Of a stretch of DNA of 64,000 bases, positions 29,679 to 36,282 are shown piece after piece. The first letter of the stretch is position 1; the number at the start of each line of letters is the position of its first letter. The notes beneath the pieces were generated by a model. It made no database searches, was not told the DNA's origin, and saw only the letters and a program-made list of their open reading frames with translations. Source of the DNA: an uncultured candidate division Zixibacteria bacterium (GTDB taxonomy: Bacteria; Zixibacteria; MSB-5A5; UBA10806; 4484-95); the NCBI GenBank assembly GCA_963668625.2, contig CAXXKA010000008.1:224001-288000 (forward strand), read 5' to 3'. Position numbers and translations under genes: made by a program.

Positions 29679-30557
29679 TTAAGCATGGAAAACATCCATC
29701 GGGGTGGCCTTTTCCCAAAAGGATTCAAACAGATTAACAAAGGTGTTTGCTAAATCAGGATGCTCGGTTATTAGACAGGTTACCGATGATTTCCCCGCAA
29801 CGGGATCGACAAGCTTATAAAGTACTTTTTTCCGGTCAAAAACCTGCATTCCGATGGGCAAATTATCGATTTCTCGATCTTTAATATTGCCATAGGAATA
29901 ATCGAGCTTTTTCGCGAGGGGAAGATACTCGTTCTTGGCAGTTGAATCCCAGATATTGCGTGAAATAACACCTCTTTGAGTTGCTTCATCGTTTACTTTT
30001 TTTAATTCCTCCACTATCGCTTTAGGTGCTTTTTTAAAAATAAATGGAGGTTTTGTAAACTCTAAAACTTCCTTTTGAGCCTCATTGCTCAGCTCAATGA
30101 ATTTGCGAAGAATTTGAAGTGGGTCCTTAAGAACTATCATGTATTCAAGAGGACTGCTGTTAGCGCGGTTCGTTTTATAAAGTGATTTGAGATCGCTAAT
30201 CATGTTATCCCGCTCTCCCTGGATCGATTTTTTATTTTTCATAATTAGCTTTCTCTTATTATCCAGTTCCTTCAGCTCGGTTTCCAGAGGATCATCAATA
30301 ACCTCAATTGACTTCTCCCAGAGCAGATTGGGATCTGCGACCGTGTACCTTTTTATTTCTCCGGGGATCAACACACTCAATCCCTTGGCCATAAGCTTGG
30401 CAACAGCCTCATAAGCGCTAGGCCTCGGTATTCCGGCCAGTTTCGATATCTCGCTGACAGTCAGCGATTCCCTTTCAAACAGTCCCAGATAACATTTGGC
30501 TTCGTATTCGGTAAACCCCATTTTCTTTATCATTTCTATGTACGATGAGCGGTTCAT
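29679..30557 (-). CDS. TrmB-family transcriptional regulator (copy 5, first gene of the array)
   Basis: MGFTEYEAKCYLGL...GIPRPSAYEAVAKL; LPIGMQVFD...FESFWEKA. Confidence 0.9.
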   Translation of the reverse strand: MNRSSYIEMIKKMGFTEYEAKCYLGLFERESLTVSEISKLAGIPRPSAYEAVAKLMAKGLSVLIPGEIKRYTVADPNLLWEKSIEVIDDPLETELKELDNKRKLIMKNKKSIQGERDNMISDLKSLYKTNRANSSPLEYMIVLKDPLQILRKFIELSNEAQKEVLEFTKPPFIFKKAPKAIVEELKKVNDEATQRGVISRNIWDSTAKNEYLPLAKKLDYSYGNIKDREIDNLPIGMQVFDRKKVLYKLVDPVAGKSSVTCLITEHPDLANTFVNLFESFWEKATPMDVFHA

Positions 30558-30583
30558 TAATATTTCTCCTATCTTATTGTAGG

Positions 30584-30637
30584 TGTAGCTCTATTAAGCC
30601 TACAGCTACAGTATATTAAAATATTTCAATTTGTCAA
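30584..30637 (-). promoter_or_regulatory. sigma70-type promoter and inverted repeat of TrmB copy 5
   Basis: TTGACA-N16-TATACT (30637-30610); TGTAGCT-N13-AGCTACA at 30584-30610. Confidence 0.68.
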
Positions 30638-30964
30638 GAAAAAGTTAATACTTGTTTGTAGTTAGCATTATTTAACTAAAGTCTTAATTGACTTGCCATT
30701 ATGAAAAATAGACAGAGGTTTTCGGCGAAATAAAGCTAATTTATTGCAGCAAATGGAGTTTCTTTGGAGTAGCGTAATCCCGCATAATAGACCTCATAAT
30801 TTATATATCATAATGTATAACCCTCTCGGCTTTTAAGCTTTCCGGCATGGATGGGGGTGCTTGTTGTTGAGTTTAAGCCGCTTGAGATTGGAAATCCATT
30901 CGTGGTAGCCCTCGTTTTGTTCGGTCAATTCTTCAATGAGCTTACCCGCTATAATTAGATGTCA

Positions 30965-31441
30965 GAGGACCGGCATTCATAAAGTTAATATTTGCCACAG
31001 ACCGAGGTTGCTCTCCGATAACGGTCAGTGCTATCTCTCCGGGCAGCTCAAGGATTATCTCGACGGCCACCACATGGAGTATACCCGAGGCGCTCCTTAT
31101 CATCCCCAGACACAGGGCAAGATCGAGCGGTACCATCGCACCATGAAGAACCTGATCAAGCTTCAGCATTATTACCTGCCGGGCGAGTTGGAACATGAGA
31201 TCGAGCGGTTCGTGGAGTACTACAACAACCAGCGATACCATGAATCACTGGATAATTTAACACCTGCCGATGTTTACTATGGTAGGGATTTAGATATATT
31301 AAGTAAGCGAGATGAGATAAAAAAGAGGACGTTAAGTCTTAGAAAACAACAAAATATGCGAAAGCGGGTTTTAGCTTGATATTATCAAAACTGTCTCTTA
31401 GATTTTGCCTAAATCTGTCAAAAAGTTTCTGAAGACGTACA
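30965..31441 (+). mobile_element. Truncated IS (IS481/IS3-like rve integrase core): 3' part of the transposase and right end
   Basis: LLSDNGQCY...PYHPQTQGKIERYHRTMK...YYNNQRYHESLDNLTPADVYYGR, stop at 31379. The N-terminus and first catalytic Asp are missing. The element ends ...GAAGACGTACA at 31441. Confidence 0.85.
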
Positions 31442-31603
31442 CCAATCTCTATCACCGGTAATTTTCGTTCCAATCGCAACATCAATCCCTCTGCACCAAT
31501 ACGGACCATCAAGGCTTTGCCATCGGCTATTCTCAGACTGTGCATATGCAGCCATAGAAATAAATGCAATAAATAATATAACCGTTACAATTCTTTTCGG
31601 CAT
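31442..31603 (-). pseudogene. N-terminal fragment of a secreted protein, cut by the IS end
   Basis: RBS AGGAG, signal peptide MPKRIVTVILFIAFISMAAYA-QSENSRWQSLDGP. The frame runs into the IS terminus exactly at 31441. Confidence 0.7.
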
Positions 31604-31637
31604 TCTCTCACTCCTTGAATATAATTACTGATAGTTG

Positions 31638-33110
31638 TTATTTAACAAATATGAGTTTACTCTTAATAAAGCCGTCACCTGTTTTTGCCTTTAAAATATA
31701 CATCCCCGATGTGATTTTTTCACCATATTCATTATTTCCATCCCAGGTTATGCTTCCCCCATTATAGTTCTCCGAAATAAATGTTTTAACCAGACGACCT
31801 GTTATGTCGTATATTTCTATTTCACCTCCCTCTATGTTTTGATATTTAATCACCGTCGTTGAATTGAACGGATTGGGATATGAATATAATGTTTCTAATT
31901 TTAAAGGTACGCGTACGTCAGAATCAATACTAACATCCCCATCACTTCTTGTAAAATATATACCATTATAAATGTCATTGTCCGGATCCCATCTGTGATC
32001 AGCCCAAATAACATAAGAAACCCCGTTCATGTAAGCTACCTTCGGCTCAAAGATTTCATTAGAATAATTATTTAGCCGGATTTCATCTGACCAGGATTCG
32101 CCGTTATCTACACTGTGTAAAAAACCAACATCTTTTATTATTAATGAGCCATAGCGCCTGACAACATTTATCGTATCAAAATACCAAAATACATCATTGT
32201 CACTGGATGCATCATCATAAGTTAGTTCCTGTTCATCGTTCCAGCTTTCGCCATAATCATTACTTGTTCTAATGGAAATATCCCCGTAAAATATATCCGA
32301 TGAATACTTATAATCAACCCAGCAAACAGCGATATCACCCCGTTCATTGATTGTAAGGCTGGGCCAACGAGAAAATTCATCATCCAATGCACTTAAAGCG
32401 ATATTACTGCTCCAGGTAAAACCATTATCGATGCTTCTCGTATAATACACTTCTTCGCTAATCTGTTCAATCAACCTGCCGTACCAAACAAAATGAATAG
32501 TATTGCCATATGCCTGCATTGCAGCACTACTTATTCCTGTAACTATATCGGTAAACATAATTTCAGGTTCCGACCAATTACTTAAAGACCAATCGCTCTT
32601 AATAATATAACAGGATATTTGATTATCTATTTCGCCAAAAAAGATTATATTTATTAATGAATCGTTTGCCGACACGGCTACCTTTGAAAAATTTCGCCAG
32701 TTAGGAAATAAAGCATATGACGGCTCCGACCAGGATGTTCCCCTATCGTAAGAAACGGAATAGCCAATATTGGCATAATAATATCCAGTGTTGAAAAGGT
32801 TCCTCCAAAAAGCGATAAGTAATGAATCGTTTGCGATTATTTGTGGGCTTGTAGTCCCATTTGTAACAGCGGTATCCGAGATTATCTGCGAAGCCGTCCA
32901 ATAATCGCCTTTCTCGGTACCTCTTATATAGCGAATTTTATCGCCATCGGTTATATCACTGTAGATGACGTGAAGAGTGTCGTTTACTATAATAAGTTGA
33001 GTGTCATAACTGCTTGCCGACTCCGATATTCGAACTTCAGGAAGCCATTCAGCATAGCTAATAGAATAGAATATTAAAGCAATTTGAATTACAAATTTAA
33101 TCCTTTTCAA
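31638..33110 (-). CDS. Secreted BNR/Asp-box (sialidase-like) propeller protein with FlgD/T9SS-like CTD
   Basis: SYDRGTSW, SIDNGFTW, SNDYGESW and SVDNGESW Asp-boxes; YSYPNPFNSTT; TTG start with RBS AGGAG. Confidence 0.85.
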   Translation of the reverse strand: MKRIKFVIQIALIFYSISYAEWLPEVRISESASSYDTQLIIVNDTLHVIYSDITDGDKIRYIRGTEKGDYWTASQIISDTAVTNGTTSPQIIANDSLLIAFWRNLFNTGYYYANIGYSVSYDRGTSWSEPSYALFPNWRNFSKVAVSANDSLINIIFFGEIDNQISCYIIKSDWSLSNWSEPEIMFTDIVTGISSAAMQAYGNTIHFVWYGRLIEQISEEVYYTRSIDNGFTWSSNIALSALDDEFSRWPSLTINERGDIAVCWVDYKYSSDIFYGDISIRTSNDYGESWNDEQELTYDDASSDNDVFWYFDTINVVRRYGSLIIKDVGFLHSVDNGESWSDEIRLNNYSNEIFEPKVAYMNGVSYVIWADHRWDPDNDIYNGIYFTRSDGDVSIDSDVRVPLKLETLYSYPNPFNSTTVIKYQNIEGGEIEIYDITGRLVKTFISENYNGGSITWDGNNEYGEKITSGMYILKAKTGDGFIKSKLIFVK

Positions 33111-33695
33111 ATATCACTTCTCCTGCTTGATATACCAAAAGCACAATAAATATAATACCAGGTCTAGAAAACACAAGTTATAATAATATTAGAATAATAA
33201 GCAAAGTAACCTTTCAGAACTACCGCTCTAAAAGGCATCTAAGTTAACAGAGCACGGATCCACGTCAACAATACGATAACAACAGCACTTGTTTTGTAGC
33301 GTTTTCGAGTACTTAAATGAGAATTTCATGTTTGGTATTTCTAAGCTAAGATTTATTATGACTATTTGTGATTAATTAGTGGCATATTATTGACATATTT
33401 TAAATTTTATAGACTTAACTTGGCGTATAACTTGTTGATATCCAACAAGAAACAGAGGTGGTCGCAGATCTGGCTATAGGCTTGATAAGCGGGGGCTATT
33501 GATGAAATTGCTAATTTTAGAAGCTAAGTCTTAACTATTAGCGTTATTGGTTTTACGAGTCAATCCCAAAGTTAGTTGAAATTTGATTTATTTGATATCA
33601 GCTCACTTTTCTGCTCAGGCAGCTATTATCTCCTTTCTGCCGGTTATAGGAATTATCACCTGTAATGCTGCCCGTAAAGTCTTCAGTTTTAGTGA

Positions 33696-33835
33696 TGGCG
33701 TAAAATCAACGCCCCGGAAATGGTAAAAGATGTGATTGCTGGAGTTAAATTTGAAAATGGAATTAGAATCAAATCAAAAAACAAAGAAAGGCCGCTGCTT
33801 GATAAATAAATTTACACAACTATTAACAATGACTC
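33696..33835 (+). mobile_element. IS256-family remnant (transposase C-terminus and right terminal repeat)
   Basis: Translates WRKINAPEMVKDVIAGVKFENG, which resembles IS256 transposase C-termini, followed by TTTACACAACTATTAACAATGACTC, which resembles IS256-type ends. Recognised from memory, not searched. Confidence 0.6.
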
Positions 33836-33947
33836 GCTAATAGCCGTTTAGAGTCTTCATATATTACCTGGCACTACTATATTACGACACTAATGAACTG
33901 CCTTCAAATGAATTTCAAATATATGAGAAATCGCTGAAAACTTATGA

Positions 33948-34055
33948 TTATTTATCCTTCTTTTCTTCCTTTAATTTTCGTTTTTCCTTGGGAGTGTGTT
34001 TGGGTTTTTTCTTTTGCTCTTTATTTCCTTTATCTCTTTTCCCTTTTTCTGCCAT
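33948..34055 (-). CDS. Small Lys-rich protein, 35 aa (MAEKGKRDKGNKEQKKKPKHTPKEKRKLKEEKKDK)
   Basis: Strong RBS AAGGAGAGG upstream of ATG 34055, open to TAA at 33948. Below the ORF-track length cutoff. Confidence 0.7.
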   Translation of the reverse strand: MAEKGKRDKGNKEQKKKPKHTPKEKRKLKEEKKDK

Positions 34056-34749
34056 TTTATCCTCTCCTTGCTTGCGACTTACTCGTACTATTCAAGCTAT
34101 CCTCGACACTTAAAAAGCTGACGCTACGCGGATAACATAAATTTGCCATATTACCATTGTACATTTTGAAGCAATAAATGACAAGTTGAATTTGTATATA
34201 TTGACACTGATACACGGTGTTTTACGGTGAATCGTATAATTTCGCCGGGAATCGTTGACTAAAATTATTTTACGATATGATCATTTGGCAAGCGTGTCAG
34301 ATGTCGTTTCGCTTTAATCCAGACACATCCCGGTGATGTCAGGTGTAACTATATTAATGTAGCTAATCCCAGCCCGGTAGCTGAGGATGGAAAATACGAC
34401 ACCCTGAGGCGCACCTAAACCATAGACCTGACACTAGTAATATAATGAAAGTAATTATCGTCGCTACCCCCCCGCTAACCGCTGCAAACAGCTACAAATA
34501 GATTCATGAATAAAAAAATCAGTCTATTGGGGAACCAAATAAAACTCAGAAAGGTTATGAGACAAGAATTGACAGATAAGTTGATAATACAACCGGAAAT
34601 TATCCGAAAATAAAAGAGAAAATGAACACCGAACCTAAACCCAGTCAATTTATTATTACTTGCATAATTTTCTATTATAAGATATAAGTAAACCATAATT
34701 GACAGGTGATTCCGGTTCGGTAAAATATTTAAAACTTATTAAGCAAGAA

Positions 34750-35610
34750 ATGAACGCTTTAATTTTAAATCTGGTACAGCTTACCAAGCCCTCGATAATG
34801 CTTCTGATTTTAGCAGCAGGTATTACCTCATTATTTATTGAGGGCAATATGATATCAGATCCAGCGAAAGTGGCCGTTTTTCTGCTTGCCTTGTTTTTAA
34901 CCGGGGGCAGCGCTAACGCCCTGAATCAGTATTTCGAGAGGGATATTGATGCCAAGATGGTGCGAACCTCCGGACGCAGGCCGTTGCCGCTCAAAAAGTT
35001 ATCTAATATGCAAGCCCTGGTTTTCTCGGTCTCGATCGGTGTGCTTGGGGTCTTGATGCTCGGCTTTGCTTTCAACTGGCTGACCGCGTTCCTGTCGGTT
35101 TCGACCATATTATTTTATGGCCTGTTTTACACCTTGTGGTTAAAGCCCAGTACCAGCATGAATATCGTTATTGGCGGTATTGCCGGCGCGATGGCCCCCG
35201 TGGGAGCCTGGACCGCGGCAACCGGTAAGATGGCATTAATGCCGTGGCTGTTATTCCTTATCATATTTTTCTGGACACCGCCACACTTCTGGTCGCTGGC
35301 GCTGTGTTTCAAGGATGATTACCGTAAAGCGAAGCTGCCGATGCTGCCTGTCGTAAGAGGCGATGATTCGACGCTCACACAGATATACTATTATACTTTA
35401 GCCCTGGTAGCAATTAGCCTGACACCTCTATTCGTTGATTTTGGCTGGTTGTATTTCGTTTCGGCCTCGGCGTTGGGAGTGGTTTTTATAAGGAAAGCAT
35501 ATCTTGCCAGGAAGACGAAAAGCAAAGACCTTGCCTGGGGTTTGTTCAGGTATTCGATCATATACTTGTTCTCATTGTTCATAGTGCTGATAATTGAAAC
35601 TTTTGTTTAA
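34750..35610 (+). CDS. ctaB: Protoheme IX farnesyltransferase (heme O synthase)
   Basis: LTKP, NQYFERDIDAKMVRTSGRRPLP, YTLWLKP, FFWTPPHFWSLA, DDYRKAKLPMLP. Confidence 0.96.
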   Translation: MNALILNLVQLTKPSIMLLILAAGITSLFIEGNMISDPAKVAVFLLALFLTGGSANALNQYFERDIDAKMVRTSGRRPLPLKKLSNMQALVFSVSIGVLGVLMLGFAFNWLTAFLSVSTILFYGLFYTLWLKPSTSMNIVIGGIAGAMAPVGAWTAATGKMALMPWLLFLIIFFWTPPHFWSLALCFKDDYRKAKLPMLPVVRGDDSTLTQIYYYTLALVAISLTPLFVDFGWLYFVSASALGVVFIRKAYLARKTKSKDLAWGLFRYSIIYLFSLFIVLIIETFV

Positions 35611-35634
35611 GAATTATGCAAAAGGGGAATCCGA

Positions 35635-36282
35635 TTGGCTCAGTTATTTCCTAAATGGACGAATAAAATTCCGACTTATGTGGCCGTTGGCTCTGTTTCA
35701 GTGACCGTTTTCGTAATCGCTTTCATATGGTACTATTTTTCGCCCTGGTACACGGATGTCGGCTATCAACCGAAACAACCTGTCCCTTTCAGCCATAAAC
35801 TTCATGCTGATGATTTAGGTCTGGATTGCCGGTACTGTCACAATTTCGTGGAGGTTTCCGCGCACGCCAATGTGCCGCCGACCCAGACATGCATGAATTG
35901 CCATAAGCTGATACTACCCGAAAGCGAGAAATTACTGCCGATACGGGAAAGCTGGAGCAAGAAAATTCCGATGGAGTGGATTCGTATACATAAAGTGCCA
36001 GACTACGCTTATTTCAATCATAGCGCGCATTTGAATGCCGGGATTGGCTGTGCGAGCTGCCATGGCAATATCGCCCGGATGGAGGTGGTTACGCAACAGA
36101 AACCACTTTCGATGGGCTGGTGTCTGGATTGCCATCGCGACCCGAGAATGCACATCCGGCCCCGATCGGAGCTGACTAATATGCAGTGGCTGCCGCCGGA
36201 GAATCAGCTCGAATTCGCCGAAAAGCAGATGAAAGAAAAAAATATCAATCCCACGATACAATGTTCAGGATGTCATCGATGA
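35635..36282 (+). CDS. actA: Alternative complex III pentaheme cytochrome c subunit
   Basis: One TM helix, GYQPKQPVPFSH, five CxxCH motifs (CRYCH, CMNCH, CASCH, CLDCH, CSGCH). Confidence 0.95.
   Translation: MAQLFPKWTNKIPTYVAVGSVSVTVFVIAFIWYYFSPWYTDVGYQPKQPVPFSHKLHADDLGLDCRYCHNFVEVSAHANVPPTQTCMNCHKLILPESEKLLPIRESWSKKIPMEWIRIHKVPDYAYFNHSAHLNAGIGCASCHGNIARMEVVTQQKPLSMGWCLDCHRDPRMHIRPRSELTNMQWLPPENQLEFAEKQMKEKNINPTIQCSGCHR

Noticed and set aside
30835-30960. Short minus-strand open stretch (…GKLIEELTEQNEGYHEWISNLKRLK…) beside the IS fragment
   Set aside because: It has no start or recognisable family. It may be a gene remnant but cannot be supported from the sequence alone.
33944-34135. Plus-strand 63-aa Phe/Leu-rich ORF resembling a membrane peptide
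   Set aside because: It is the reverse complement of the Lys-rich ORF, which has the strong RBS.
36186-36278. N-terminal extensions in the ORF track (actB, and likewise 16557, 13013, 54666 and 57829)
   Set aside because: They overlap upstream genes, promoters or repeats. Downstream ATGs fit the RBS, signal peptides or translational coupling better.
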